Assembly: GCA_951406725.2 (NCBI GenBank)
Contig: OX597817.1
Span: 84,382,001-84,446,000 of the forward strand
Direction of reading: 5' to 3'
From: Octopus vulgaris
Taxonomy: Eukaryota
Length of the DNA: 64,000 nt
Below, one piece after another: positions 1 to 15,326 of the stretch. How positions within the stretch are numbered: the stretch's first letter is position 1; each line of letters begins with the position of its first letter. Both the position numbers and the translations under genes were made by a program. A model generated the notes under the pieces. The model saw nothing but the letters and a program-made list of their open reading frames with translations, was not told the DNA's origin and searched no databases.

Positions 1-195
1 CCAGAAGAGTTGCAGGAGGTTCTGATGTCGTCTGGAGGCCATGGTTGAAGCGAATGTCGATTTTATTGAATAAATTTACTCTTTAGTATTTCAAGATATT
101 TTATGTAATTTTGGTACATATATTTGTTAAAATGAGATGTCAGTGTCATTTTCATTTTTGCGTAATTTAAACGACAGTTTATTCACTTCACTCTG
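1..195 (+). mobile_element. 3' end of a Tc1/mariner DNA transposon (truncated by the window edge)
   Basis: Translation QKSCRRF*CRLEAMVEANVDFIE* is a typical transposase C-terminus. The element ends ...CACTCTG followed by TA. Confidence 0.7.
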
Positions 196-379
196 TATGT
201 ATATATATAATCTCTATTCGGCATGTGCGAATGTTTGTTCGTTCGTGACCATCATGACCTAGATTCGCTTCCACAAGACATCCATATTTTTTTCTACTAT
301 GGTCTTGGCTCAATTCATGTTTAGTGGTGAATTTGATGAGACGGAAATTGTTAGTTTTTATCAATTAATCAATGTCTAA

Positions 380-1680
380 TTAACAGTGATAGTCAAAACA
401 TTCTACGCTCATGCTAGGTACAATATTTCATTGTATAAAAACACTGTGTAACAAAATTTTTCTTTTTTTTTTTTTCTTTTTGCAGTTGGCTAGTAAGTGT
501 TATTTCCTATTTGCTTCTATCTAAAAATCAAAGGAAATTACTACTATTCCCGTCTAGCATTGGTTTTGTGACCTGGATATCAATGTTTTGAAACTGACTT
601 ATGTTCCATTACATTTCAGACAGATTCAGCACTGAATTGCCGAAGCAGAAATATCGTTATAGTAAATATTCTGCTCAATACTACAGAATCGCTTGTCAGT
701 TGCTTGACATTAACCACTTGAATATAACCTTTAGTGGCTGACAATCTGTACATACTGAACATGAGCAGGAGCAGTGAGGAAGCATAACAGCCATGTGGTG
801 AGAGGGATTCTTTGGAGTTTTGAATAAAAGTAAGAAAAGCAAAGTTCGAAGGAAATATTAGCCATTTTTCATACTTTCTAAGGGTAAGCATATAGGAAAT
901 AACAGTTGCTACCCAAGGCCAAAGATCGCATTACAGAGTGTAATATATTGTATTTGTTGGTAAGTTTAATCAATTTTGAATATTTTCCATCCAGTTCACG
1001 ATGTTTGCAAAAAGCAACCAATTGAATAAAGAACTTTTCATAAAGTCCATTTCCGTAGACTTTCTGAGTGTTTTGCAATTTAATGAAAACAAAATGTTTC
1101 ACACAACTCGATGTTTTTATGTCTTCTGTTCTAAAATTGGAAAATATATCTTCTATCTTTTACTTGCTTCTGTCTTTGGACTGCTGCCGTGTTGGATGGG
1201 TCGCCTTCATAGGTTTAGTCGGACAAATCGATCCCAGTACATACTTTTATGCCTGGTACTTACTCTATTAGTATATTTTTCCTGAACCGCGATGTTAAGG
1301 GAACATAAACAAACCAACACCAGTTGCCAAGAAGTGATAGTGGGGGAAGGACAAACACAGATACACACATAGATATTTACGATAAGTTTCTTTCAGTTTC
1401 CCTATCCTAAATCTACTCACAAGACTTTGGTCGACCCAGGGCTATAGTAGAAGACACTTGTCCAAGGTTATACGCAGTGAGACTGAACCTGGAACTATGT
1501 TGTTTGGAAGCAAACTTCTTATCCCAGAATCACGCCTTCGCCTACAAAATCATGATTAAGTTTTAGTGAAAGACATACGTCATTGATTATTTTCCCCTTT
1601 GTTTGGGATTTCCTTCGAATTGTATTGTTTCTCAGGTATAGTTAAATTCCTATGAATACATACGGAAAATCTTCCATGAC
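380..1680. repeat. Local duplication block homologous to about 12360-12810 (interrupted by a SINE and other sequence)
   Basis: Collinear shared segments: TCATGCTAGG..TATTTCATTG; AATCAATTTTGAATATTTTCCATCCAGTTCACG...ATAAAGAACTTTTCATAAA...TTGCAATTTAATGAAA; TATTGTTTCTCA...ATACGGAAAATCTT. Confidence 0.8.
1149..1543 (-). mobile_element. tRNA-derived SINE, family A (octopus-type)
   Basis: Diverged reverse copy of 44852-45273. Confidence 0.8.
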
Positions 1681-1913
1681 CTTTGATAGTGATGACCAAA
1701 ATGGATGAAGAAAATCACTAGTAATGGGTTATTCTCAGTCCAAGTGCAACAGAGCGAACTACACCGAAAGTATCCAAAGACAACCAATAATTTTAAGTTG
1801 AGTGTCCGCCACCCAATGTTTAAGGTACAACACGGATAACTACCAAATGAAATCTACCTACAGCAGCGTTACACATTGTGTCACTTTGATTTTAGTGGTG
1901 GGTAATATTAATA

Positions 1914-2288
1914 TTCTTTTATTCTTTTATTTACTTCAGTCACCTGACTGCGGCCACGTTGGAGAACTGCCTTTATACGAAGAAATCGATCCCAGATTTT
2001 ATTCCTTGTACGCCTAGTACTTATTCTATTGGTTTATTAGTTACGGGGGCGTAAACACACCAACAGACGATGGTGGCGGGACAAACACATACACATACAC
2101 ACACACAATTATATATATGTATGAACGACAGACTTCTTTCAGTTTCCGTCTACCAAATCCACTCACATGCCTTTTTCGGTCCGACGCTATAGTGTATGAC
2201 ACATGCCCAAGCTGCCTCACAGTGGGACTGAACCTGGAACCATGTGGTTGGGAAGCAAGCTTCTTACCACACAACCACGCCTGCGCCT
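1914..2288 (-). mobile_element. tRNA-derived SINE, family A
   Basis: Reverse copy containing CAGTTTCCGTCTACCAAATCCACTCAC...GGGACTGAACC...CTGCGCCT. Confidence 0.85.
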
Positions 2289-2478
2289 ATGTATACAGAT
2301 TTCTGTGGAATACTCAACCACATACACCATAATTAGAACTTATTGATAGTATGATATATTCGTCAAATTCGTTAATCCACATATCATTTTTTCCATCACT
2401 TACCTTCTGTAAAAAGCACGGTAAAAACATTTCTTTGGTTCAAAAAAAAAGCAACTCACTTACATGTTAAGATTTTAA

Positions 2479-2484
2479 TTTATT
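2479..2484 (-). terminator. AATAAA polyadenylation signal after exon 5b
   Basis: TTTATT on the + strand, about 21 nt 3' of the TAA. Confidence 0.55.
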
Positions 2485-2505
2485 AAAACATTCTTCGTAG
2501 AAATT

Positions 2506-2691
2506 TTAGGAAAACATAGCTTCAGCTTCGCTCACAGCCATATCTCTTACATATTCTCTCAAATCACTAATAACCTCCTCTCGAGGAACATAAGAAACAG
2601 TGTCATAGACTCCCTTGATGCCACTCTCGTCACGCTGGCCTACCAGTATTCGGCGACACATCCGATAAGCACGAAGCTTAATACGAAATAA
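2506..2691 (-). CDS. Terminal exon 5b (duplicate of 5a): LFRIKLRAYRMCRRILVGQRDESGIKGVYDTVSYVPREEVISDLREYVRDMAVSEAEAMFS*
   Basis: Acceptor TTTCTTTCAG, same 186-nt length, open frame, TAA stop and AATAAA downstream. 35 of 61 residues are identical to 5a by manual alignment. Confidence 0.82.
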   Translation of the reverse strand, partial: LFRIKLRAYRMCRRILVGQRDESGIKGVYDTVSYVPREEVISDLREYVRDMAVSEAEAMFS

Positions 2692-3088
2692 CTGAAAGAA
2701 ATTAAATTTATACTGTTATCTAATAGTGTGTAGTATTATCTTGCAAGTTTTTGTTCAAATACCACGTCAAGTTAATCAATATAATTTGCTGAGTAGCCCT
2801 CCCCCAACAGTAAAGGGAAAATATTCATGAGTTGAATTTGGCTTGTACATTTGATACGCAGGTGTAACAATTTCGTTCTTTATCTTAGAATGCTTTCATA
2901 GGATGCTTAGTTGAAAAATCTTATGCGTATTTCTTCAACAAGAAATTAAACAAAATTAAAAGGCGATTGCATTCTCAACTCTTCAGAGATTGCGTAACTT
3001 TTATTAGGTTTGAAGGAGGGGCTGAATCAATTAAATCGTTCTCAGTGTTCGATTGGTACATATTTTATCCACCCCGAAAGGAAGAAAA

Positions 3089-3709
<621 letters not shown>

Positions 3710-3863
3710 AATTATAAGAGAGTTACCACTATGTGGATAGCTCTAGTGCCAAAAATAGCTCCGTTACTAGTATAGCCACAGAAAGATGTTTCCAAGAAGA
3801 AATAACATTAACGGAAGGAAAGTGAAATATAACGAAAGTGAAATATAACGAAAAATAGATTAA

Positions 3864-3937
3864 CCCTGAACAATTGTTTCATTACTAATGTAATATGTAA
3901 TTTTACTTACATAGACATCTATAAATCATCGGCAGAG
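3864..3937 (-). ncRNA. Hammerhead-like motif with a CCGAUGA core variant, inside an element with inverted repeats (3703-3739 / 4099-4135)
   Basis: Minus strand reads CTCTG-CCGATGA-[long hairpin including TATGTAA/TTACATA]-GAAA-CAATTG-TT-CAGGG. Stem I is CTCTG/CAGGG and stem III is palindromic. Confidence 0.55.
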
Positions 3938-4254
3938 GTTTGTCTTAAATACAATTTATTAGACCCTCACGAGCGTCAAATACACGTGCGATTTAATCGA
4001 TTGCATTTGTAGTTATGCCTCAAATTCCCCGCAAAAGCATGCTAAGACTCATTGGAAACGAATACTGCATAAAATATTTACTGCAGCATAATTAAATTTA
4101 TCCACATAGTGGTAACTATCTTATAATTTATGTATAAATTTGTATTATCTCCCTAGTTTTATGTGCTAAGCCACTTGGTGTTAAATTGATGGTATTATTA
4201 AATTAATATCAAATTTTTCACCCTCATTTATAAATTTGTAAATATATATATATA

Positions 4255-4463
4255 TATTGTGAGTGTTTATTGAGCGAAAACACCTTAAAGCTCCACGAGG
4301 CTCCGGCAGGGGGTGGTGATCCCTGTTGTACTCTTTTACCACTGTTTCTCTCACTCTTTCTTCTATTGGCCTGCTCGCTTAGCCAGCGGGGTGGCGTCAT
4401 TTGAAGGTTAAAACAATACGAACGCATTGTGACCAGCGATGTGTAACAACATCTGATGGTCTG
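4255..4463 (+). repeat. Interspersed repeat (probable LINE 3' end) with an inverted near-identical copy at 7965-8080
   Basis: 4368-4463 is the reverse complement of about 7985-8080. The second copy shows a short (GAT)-type tail. Confidence 0.7.
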
Positions 4464-4518
4464 GGAAAGATATATATATATATATATATATATATAGATA
4501 TATATATAGATATATATG

Positions 4519-4557
<39 letters not shown>

Positions 4558-4899
4558 GGGCGTATCAGTTTTTTTATATCATTTGTATGAATTTAGAAAA
4601 AGACGCATAGCTCACCAAGTAAAGGCACTGTTTGAAAATAAATTAATACAAATAATATTAGGCATCTCTTTATTGGCAGTAATGGCTGTTTTAATACCGG
4701 TTCGGAAGTGTGACTTGCCTGAATCAGATGATATTTATCAATTTTGGACATAGTGCAGATTATAGCGAACTTGAGAGATTGCATGGTGTTATGGGGAGGT
4801 TGATTGACCTCTCTATTTATCTATCTATCTCCTTCTCTTTCTCGCTCTCCCCCTTCTCTCTCCCTCTCTCTCTCTCTCTCTCGATTAAGCCCAATACGT

Positions 4900-5760
4900 A
4901 ATAGTCCAGTGGATGAAATCTTGTGATCTAGGAGAACATGTGTCAGGGAGAACATGATCATGAAGACTGGTATACATTCACACTTTCGTTATCCTAGTCT
5001 CATGAGACGGCACAGGGTCTTGTCGGAAAACGTAGGTCCTCTATTGCGTATTGTGTTTACCCAGGATCTCACAACTTTCTCCAACAACTCTGTTTTGCCA
5101 GCAGCATTGACTCTTAAGCCCTGTGAAAAAAAGTGAAGGGGCGTAACATCTTCCTCATTGCTCACGATTCCCAGAGCCATTACAGCTGCTGGGAACTTAG
5201 CTGAAACCTCATTCTGGTGTCTCCATAAGCATCTGTTGTTCCATCGGTTTACCTTTTTGTCCTGGCCGAAGTATTTCTCATCGGAGAAAACCAAAGCATT
5301 GCAGCCTCCTGGTGTTTTAACGTTCCTCTCTTGTCACATCCAACATAAACTGATCCCTCTGTATCACATACGACTTGTACCTCGTGCACAACTCTTCTGA
5401 TGGTGCATTCTGAAATCTTGAAGTTCTTTGAAATTCCCTTTTCGGAGATTCATCGATTATTTCACTGACGTTACGTATTCTCATGATATTTGAGCCCTGT
5501 GTGTGCATTTTGTGTTTATCTGCTAATGTTGGATCCCCATCAGCAGCTTCCAGCACCTTTCGAACTTTGACAACCAAGGATCGGGCAACTTTTTGGAAGC
5601 AAGGTATTACTATGGTGTGCCTTTAAGGCAACGCTTACAGTGTGCCCTTTTATTTGCTCAACCAACCCGATGTCTGACATTATCTATCTGAAAAGTAAGG
5701 TAAAAAGAAAAAAGAAGAAAGTTAGACCTCTTGGAAGAGGTTTTCTTAAAACACTGATGC
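4900..5760 (-). mobile_element. Decayed Tc1/mariner transposon, maT (DD37D)-like
   Basis: ORF 4989-5294 has FSDEKYF...NRWNNR and ...VMALGIVS...LHFFSQGLRVNA. The N-terminal part lies in 5317-5577 and the frame is disrupted. Confidence 0.75.
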
Positions 5761-5764
5761 ACCC

Positions 5765-5841
<77 letters not shown>

Positions 5842-6594
5842 GCAAATGGATAATGTCGATTCAATAGAGTTACTTTCAATTTTGACCTGACCCAGTGCCT
5901 TACCATTTAAGTGCCTGGTTCACTTGAATCCTAATCTTTTGTGTGTGTATATATATGTGTGCGTGTAGAGAGACAGACAGACAGACAGATTCCTAGATAG
6001 AAGCATTCATACGTACATACATACATACATACATACATACATACATACATACATACATACATACATACATACACACATACATACAAATACATAATGAAAT
6101 ACGGAGAAAAAACAAAAACAAAACAAACGTACGCAAACAGGCCCAAATTCCTGGACATTTATCGACTGAATATTACAATTTTAACACTTTCACACAATTT
6201 TGATTACCCAACAATATCAACAACATGAATGCCACCGTGGTGTAACTCAACAGACGCAAAAGAAAAAAACGAACACATTCAGAAGAAAAGTTATACATTA
6301 ACTGTAACAGGGAAAATACAAAACGAAACAAATTGGGAAAACGTATAGATTTCCGATCGAACGATAGGTATCGAAGAATTCGCACAGGTGATATGAGTCT
6401 GTACGTGTGTGTGTGTACAACAGAGTAAACTAAGTTTAAACTAGCCAAAGGAAAGAAGATAGTGGCCTTAAATGGTGTAATAAAATAGGTTTACCATCAA
6501 CAATTAGGTCGGATATGTATACCCATCCGTTGAAACGTAATCTATAATGCAATTATGTGGCCTTGTCACACATAGTGTAAATTTCATTATATTA

Positions 6595-6714
6595 CTAGCG
6601 ATATAACCCGGTTTTTCCCGGGATTCAGTTACGATTATTAAGTTAATCAAGTTCTTTATTTCAAACCAAACTAAGTAATATCGACGTCAAATTTGAGCGA
6701 AATACGTTGAAATT

Positions 6715-6774
<60 letters not shown>

Positions 6775-7480
6775 TATATATGGGCAACACACACACACAC
6801 GAACACACATACACACACGTACGTACGTACACCTATTGCATATGTTTTTGCACGCATACATGTTCATAAACAGAAATGAATGGAAAACATGTTGGTAAAT
6901 TTGTAGATTAAAAACTCGCACGATTTTCACTAAGAAAAAACCTTTTTTGTGGTCCGTAAAACGGAGTGGGGTGTGGTGGAAGCCTCGGAAATTGTACCCA
7001 TTTATATTGTGTAATTCACTGACAAATTGTTGCCTACCTCTTTGTTTCTTTGTTGTTAAATAAATGGATTCTTAACAAAACACTTTTTCCTGGGCATAAA
7101 ATATAAACAAAACTTTTGCGCCCAAAGTAATATGTGTGTGAGAGAGGGGGGGAGAAAGATGAACGATTTAAAATAAATAAATGATTGTTGTGTGAAAAAG
7201 TATATATAATCTGATATAGTGTCTTTCAAAAACATCCTCGTGTTTAAGAAAAAACAAAACATTTTACATTTTATTTTTTATGAACGCTGTCACTTACTCT
7301 CCCTCCCTCTCTCTCTGTCTTTGCCTTTTTTTGTTAAACGCTGTCAAACTTTCTGCCTCTCTCCCACTTTTTTTTACCTTGTTTTTTTTTTGTTAGACAC
7401 TGTCAAACTCTCTCCCACTCTGCCTTACACATACTTTTTCCTTACTTTTTTTGTTAGACGTTGTGAAACACTCTCTCTCC

Positions 7481-7512
<32 letters not shown>

Positions 7513-7810
7513 TACATCAGCACACAACTTCCCTCTCTCCCTCACACAGACTCAGTCGCTTGGCTATGGCTAGAAGGGACTTAACTCATGTTAACAACCT
7601 TCAAAATTGGTAAAAGCTATAGTTGAAAATAGATTCTTACCGCTATCCGCGGATGCCTCGGGGAAAAAATAAGTTGACAAAACCTAGGTAAGGAAGTGAC
7701 GAATGTCCTCCTAAAATTGGAGCGACATGTGTGCTAATTTATGGACGTGCATAAATTACATTCACGTACACACACACACATAAACACATCCTGCCTTTTA
7801 TAGATACAGA
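6595..7810 (-). mobile_element. Non-autonomous Helitron-like element
   Basis: The minus strand starts A|TC at 7810 and ends with the hairpin CCCGGGAAAAACCGGG, then CTAG|T at 6595. Both ends are homologous to the element at about 52982-54848. Confidence 0.7.
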
Positions 7811-7924
7811 TTATCAGAATAATTTACATATAGATATGTGTGGCTGTGTGTTTCTGTGTCTGTGACACGGTATGTTTTCGTATGTAGACACACACACATG
7901 TATATATGCATACATGCATACATA

Positions 7925-7965
<41 letters not shown>

Positions 7966-8077
7966 TCACCATCACGTGACCGACCAGACCATCAGATGTT
8001 GTTACACATCGCTGGTCACAATGCGTTCGCATTGTTTTAACCTTTGAATGACGCCACCCCGCTGGCTAAGCGAGCAG

Positions 8078-8117
<40 letters not shown>

Positions 8118-8331
8118 TGTACGTACCTACCTCTACATGTATATATACACGCATATATGAGTACAGGACACCAAAAAAACGTCGAACACAATGAGAAACG
8201 AAAACATAGACACAAACCCAAGGAACTGGACATTTTTTTAAACAACAAAAAAATAGAGTACAGGACAATTAACACAAAGAAAAAAACCCCTTCTTCAGTC
8301 ACCATGGTTTCATCTACTCTACGTTTCGAAG

Positions 8332-8381
<50 letters not shown>

Positions 8382-8410
8382 TATTTTGAGTTTGTTTATA
8401 TGTTTATACC

Positions 8411-8460
<50 letters not shown>

Positions 8461-8584
8461 GTGTGTGTGTGTCTGTGTTTGGATAAATACTCATAAAGCT
8501 GTTACTATTATTATTATTATGGTTATTATTGTTATTATTATCATCATCATCATTAGTATTATTATTAAATTATCATTATTATTA

Positions 8585-8616
<32 letters not shown>

Positions 8617-8975
8617 TCTATTATTATTATTATTATTATTATTATTGTCAAGGGCAAATCTAAAGGATTGATAATAAGAATAACAATAACATTAGTGACA
8701 GGAAGCGATATTAGTATTAAACAGCTATACAATAAATTCTTAATACTCTTGGAGGGAACACGAAGCACCAGCTTGCTAGAGAGTGGAAGTAAAAACTCCT
8801 AAATTAGTTGGTGGTTATCTTGGGGATTTTACTTCCACTCTCAAGTAAGCGGATGTTTCATGTACCATATAACATAATTAATAATATGTGTGTAGGTGTG
8901 GGTGTACATTTACGCGTGTGGTGCGTCATTATGTATATGTATGTATATATATATGTATATGTGAATGTGTATATA

Positions 8976-9038
<63 letters not shown>

Positions 9039-9125
9039 ATAAAAAAGGATAAAATTAATTAATTATTAATTAATTTGACCGAGCAGTGTTCGGTATGTAA
9101 AACGACCATTTACGGTATATTTGAA

Positions 9126-9318
9126 ATATTACTTTATAAAAATAGGGTAAAGTAAAATAATTTACTTTACCACATACCTATGTGAGTTATTTCTGAGTAT
9201 GCATTGTCTGGGAGACTTTTCTTGCAGTAGAAGAAATAGCCAAATTTTTGGCTGCTATTTCTAAAAAGCTCGGTATGTGGCAAAGTAAATAATTTTACTT
9301 TACCCTATTTTTATAAAG

Positions 9319-9324
<6 letters not shown>
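9126..9324. repeat. About 53-bp inverted repeat (fold-back / MITE- or PLE-like)
   Basis: ATATTACTTTATAAAAATAGGGTAAAGTAAAAT...CCACATACC at 9126-9178 and its reverse complement at about 9272-9324. Confidence 0.7.
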
Positions 9325-10541
<1,217 letters not shown>

Positions 10542-10673
10542 TCAACATTGATATAAGTTCCATCTCGTCAGTCGCCATATCATTTTGTACTATTACTTAC
10601 CGTCATAAAAGTTCACTTAAAACGTATGTCTCATCTCTAAAGGACAACGACGCTCTTATTTATATGATGACGT

Positions 10674-10694
10674 TTTATTGCCTAAAACTTTATT
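10674..10694 (-). terminator. Two AATAAA polyadenylation signals after exon 5a
   Basis: TTTATT on the + strand at 10689-10694 and 10674-10679, directly 3' of the TGA. Confidence 0.55.
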
Positions 10695-10702
10695 AAATGA
10701 CA

Positions 10703-10888
10703 TCAGTTAAACATATCTTCAGCTTCTCTCACGGCTTTTTCCATTATCTTTTTGCTCATTTTACGCATAAGCTTTCTTCGTGGAATGTAATGTATAGTGT
10801 CATAGACTCCCTTGATTCCACTCTCGTCTGTCTGGGCTGCCAATATTCGATCACATTTCCGATAAGCACGAAGCTGAATGCGAAATAA
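10703..10888 (-). CDS. Terminal exon 5a: LFRIQLRAYRKCDRILAAQTDESGIKGVYDTIHYIPRRKLMRKMSKKIMEKAVREAEDMFN*
   Basis: Acceptor TTTATTTCAG, 61 codons plus TGA in phase 0, and AATAAA just downstream. This minus-strand frame is absent from the supplied ORF track. Confidence 0.88.
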   Translation of the reverse strand, partial: LFRIQLRAYRKCDRILAAQTDESGIKGVYDTIHYIPRRKLMRKMSKKIMEKAVREAEDMFN

Positions 10889-11346
10889 CTGAAATAAATT
10901 GAAATATACAGTTATCCTGTAGTTTGTAGTGTTAGGTTTTTAACTTGAAATACTACACTAGGTGTTCCTTGATGAGAGCTGAGCTGCACTAAGCTGTCTG
11001 ATGCTAGATATTCAGCATAAATAGAAATTCTTTAAATGTATCCGATTAGACAATTTAACGATGTTTTCAAGATACAAGGATGATGCCCACAGTACATTCA
11101 CAGATTTCGATGAGAAGCCTACATTCTTGGGTAGGTCATCACTATATTTGGTTATCACACTACCGTGAAGTAAATGTTCTGATGCGTTCAGTCCGGCTCG
11201 CAAATTCGATACGCAGGTGTATCCATTTCTCTTTTTATCTTAGATAATTTCTTTGAGAGAGACAAGAACACAACCGAATTCCATTCTATATCCAATAAAA
11301 ATATAAAGTTATTGCTTATATAATAATAACAAATTTTCAGGTAAAT

Positions 11347-11538
11347 TTCATCTTTATTTCAATCATTAGACTGCGGCCATGCTGGGGCAACACTTTGAGG
11401 GATTTTAGTCGAACGAATCAGCCCCAATACTTAGTGTTTAAGCCTGGTACGTATTCCATCGGTTACTTTGCTACGGGGTCGCAACCAAGCCAACACTAGT
11501 TGTCAGGTGTTGGGGGTACAAACAGACACAGATAGACA

Positions 11539-11581
<43 letters not shown>

Positions 11582-11593
11582 ACATACACACAT

Positions 11594-11685
<92 letters not shown>

Positions 11686-11825
11686 GACGGGCTTCTTTCA
11701 GTTTCTGTCCACCAATTTCATTCACAAGGCTTTGGTTTTTGGTCGGCCCGATTTTATAGGAGAAAACACTTATCCAACGTGCCACCCTGTTGGACTGAAC
11801 CCGAAATCATGTGGCTGGTAAGTAA
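11347..11825 (-). mobile_element. tRNA-derived SINE, family A, with expanded internal (CA)n(TA)n
   Basis: Same body and tail as the other family A copies. Confidence 0.8.
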
Positions 11826-13206
11826 ACTAGGATTAAAGTTGCTTCAGAATTAATTATGCTCTTTCACACCTCAGTACCTGACACACATCTTCGCATATAA
11901 GCAACACATGCTTTATATATTCACACAAGAACGTAATTAGCTGTAGCCCCTTGCTATAAATGTAATGGTTTCTTAAATCCATGGTTAACTATCACTATGA
12001 AGGTTATTACATATGTCGCATTTCGTTAATACAATATCACGTACATCAAATTCTGTAAGTGATATAATAATAAAAGAGATATTCTCGAGGAAAATTATCT
12101 GCTTTAAGATGTATGCATGATGGATGTGAAAACATCATTTCGCATAATTACGTTATTATATTTGACAGACGTATGGTTCTGTCTGTTTTGTATTTATAAT
12201 TGTATTTGAATTTACGGAACAATTTTCCTAAACATTTTAGAGAAAAACTTTTATTTCTCTACAGGGAGTCTCTTAAAATAACATAACTATTATAATAAAT
12301 ATATCTTAACAAATAACAACTGCATTACTTAAAGGACTTAGAATTATATTTTGAATGTTATTCTAAGTGGTATTCAAACCATTCAACAGTCATGCTAGGA
12401 TGTTTAGTATTTCATTGCATGAATAATATATCGGATATTTTTGTAAAAATATTTCTACTTTGAATAAATCGAATCAATTTTTGAATATTTTCCATCCAGT
12501 TCACGGTGCTTGATACATCTAGGCAAAAAGCAACAAATTTGATAAAGAACTTTTCATAAAAACTGTTTACGTAGGCTTTCTAGACGTATTGCAATTTAAT
12601 GAAAGCAAAATTTTTTTATGCAACCGATGTCGTTTTCGTGTCTTCTCTCCCGAAATTGGGAAGTATATAGTCACGATCATTTTCAGAAATGACATAAACG
12701 TTATTGACTTTTTTTTTCTGAATTGATTTCCTTCTAATCTTATTGTTTCTCAAAATAATAGATATTCCAAGATATATATAAGATGAATCTATACGGAAAA
12801 TCTTAACGAAGTAAATAAAAGTATGCTATTAATATATTGTATCAAGAATTCCTTCAAATGGTGTTATGTCATTGGAAAAAGAAATAGTGAATGGTAAAGA
12901 CTTTCTCAAACATGCTGGTTCCAGTCAAACTGCTAAATTGCATGATTCTTATTGATTTCTATCCTTCGTCTGAAAAGTTACGGATCTTGAGTGCAAATAA
13001 TACAATCAATACAATCAACACAATCAATTAGACTTGTTTTTAAAATCACAATTATTGAATTTCATGGATCTATCAAATTCACTAACTTTTTTTGAATTTA
13101 TATTTTTTCTTATTCGAAATAAAATTTGCAAATCTAATAATATTAGCGATAAATGTTGCTTTTACAGTTCAGTGAAAGACACACACACATACACACACAC
13201 ACACAT

Positions 13207-13268
<62 letters not shown>

Positions 13269-13283
13269 ACGCGCTCACGCGTG

Positions 13284-13321
<38 letters not shown>

Positions 13322-14164
13322 TATAAAAATTTCAAGCTGTATAAATTATTCCCACGGGTATCTGGTTTTGGTTTCCACATAATTTAGTAACTGGGCAAAA
13401 GTAAATTATTCATATTGTTTATGTCTTCAGAATTTTAGAAACATTTTACCGAACGTAAAATATTTCATTTTTGGAATAGTATATCTCGAATTACACTTAA
13501 AGGTATAAATAATAGCATGTAATTCTATCCAAAATGGTGGGGGGGGGTCAACACAGTATTTACATATTCTTGTTCAAGTGTGCTTCGAGGTCCACTACTC
13601 AAGAAAAAAAAAATATCTCCATTATATGTCATAATCAGTCATTCTTCTGAGAATCCAAAGGGAAGACAGAACTACAAATCTGATTTATGTTATGTTGCAG
13701 ACATTTTGCTCATATTTTCTCGTTAACTGTCTTCTAAACCCCCGGTGAAAAATTGTATATTGTTGAATCACGCAAAATCATTTGTCCTTTCTCTATGAAA
13801 GGAGATAATTGGTATGTCATTCTATACATACACCTGAATAGGAGCAGATAAATCTCGCGTGAACTTACACATACAGGCATTCATGCGCTTGAGCATTCTT
13901 ACAAACACCCATATAAACATACGCATATATCTGTGTATGTGTGTGCGTATGTGTGTTCGTGAGTGGGCGTGTATGTCAATAAAACATTATACTATACACT
14001 ATACGCCCCATTTTGAAAGATAAAGAAACATACTCATTCACATGCTCATGCACACCACGCACACACATATATACGCACGCCTACCCACACACATACCTAC
14101 ACATACATATACAATGTGTGTGTGAGAGAGAGAGAGACAGACAGACAGAAAGAGAGAGAGATTA

Positions 14165-15262
14165 AATAAATGACAAAATAGAGCTTTTCTTTTCTGGGAA
14201 AATGGGATAGGTTTTCGATCAAAAGGGATCCTAAAAGGGAAAGAAGAAAAAAAAAGGAAAAGAAACAAAAGAGAAGAAAAAAGAAAAAAGAAGAAAAAGG
14301 AAAAAAAGGGTAAAAGAAAAAAACGATCATTAGGGATCGTGTATCACAGTGCCATAATGTACGATGTAAAGGGGGAAGCAGATAAGGTTTATCTATGGGA
14401 AGAAAAGCCTACGGAAAAGACCACGGTAACCTCGGTCAATATTGTTACATGTTACCACATTTGTTTGCAAGTGGGTAACCCTCTGTTTTCAATTCCCGGG
14501 TTCATAGGATTATGCTCAAGGTGGCTTCGTCATTCATGCGTGCCATCCTTGCTACATTCACCCATATTTTTTTTAAACATTCGCTAGACAAAACTTGACT
14601 CTCTACTCTCACTTTCCTTTTCAAGTGATACTTGAAGAAGTTGATGAGAGATTGACCAGAGAGGAAAGTGTTTGTCTCCAATCCTTTCAGACGCGTCCAC
14701 CAGATGCATTCTTTCGCCATAGCCACAAGGATGATGAAAATATCTCTTCCTTCCCGTTTGAAGGAAGGAGGCGTGACAATATTGACGATAGACTTGGCTG
14801 ATAAACCGACTCGTCCCACACGTGACAGTAGTTGTTCGACATAAGCCCACAGGTCGGAAATTGTAGGACACTGCACGAGTGCGTGCAGAACGGTTTGGTC
14901 GCTCTGACCGCATCTCGGGCAGGTTGGCCCCGTGTTTCTAGAGCCTTGTCTGTAGAGCTTATCTCGAACGGGTAGCGCTTCTCGGTAGCACTGCCAGGCC
15001 AGAGATCTCTGGAAGTTGTCCATGGGCTCTGGTCCGAAAGTCGTCCTGAACAGGCGGGTCAGGCATTCCTCATCGACGTCCAGGTTCGCCCCGAGCTCGT
15101 CGTCGTACCTCCCCTCCACTGATCCCCTATAGAATGCTTTGGTTGTGTTGGAGTCACTCAAGGTCTACCCGGGACGGCAGAGTTGCTTGAGAGCAACGCG
15201 ACACTCGCGGTGCCATTCGCCCTTCCTCGGCCTCTTTTTGATCCACGACTGCAGTTCAGTCA
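14165..15262 (-). mobile_element. 3' part of an L1/Tx1-type LINE (zf-RVT region)
   Basis: ORF 14502-15161 has LPVRDKL...CPRCGQSDQTVLHALVQC...LW, the CCHC motif downstream of RT in L1/Tx1 ORF2. A 3' UTR and a simple-sequence tail follow. Confidence 0.8.
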
Positions 15263-15326
15263 GATAGATAGACACGCACATACAATGTATATACACAGAT
15301 ATATACAAATACATGCACGGAACAAA

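Noticed and set aside
620-830. Plus-strand segment with an acceptor-like CATTTCAG and a donor-like AA|GTAAG, overlapping ORF 616-891
   Set aside because: All three plus-strand frames contain stops and I recognise no protein similarity.
4556-4800. Unique-looking segment with ORF 4556-4753 as a missing exon of a second gene copy
   Set aside because: No similarity to exons 1-4 on either strand and no convincing splice sites.
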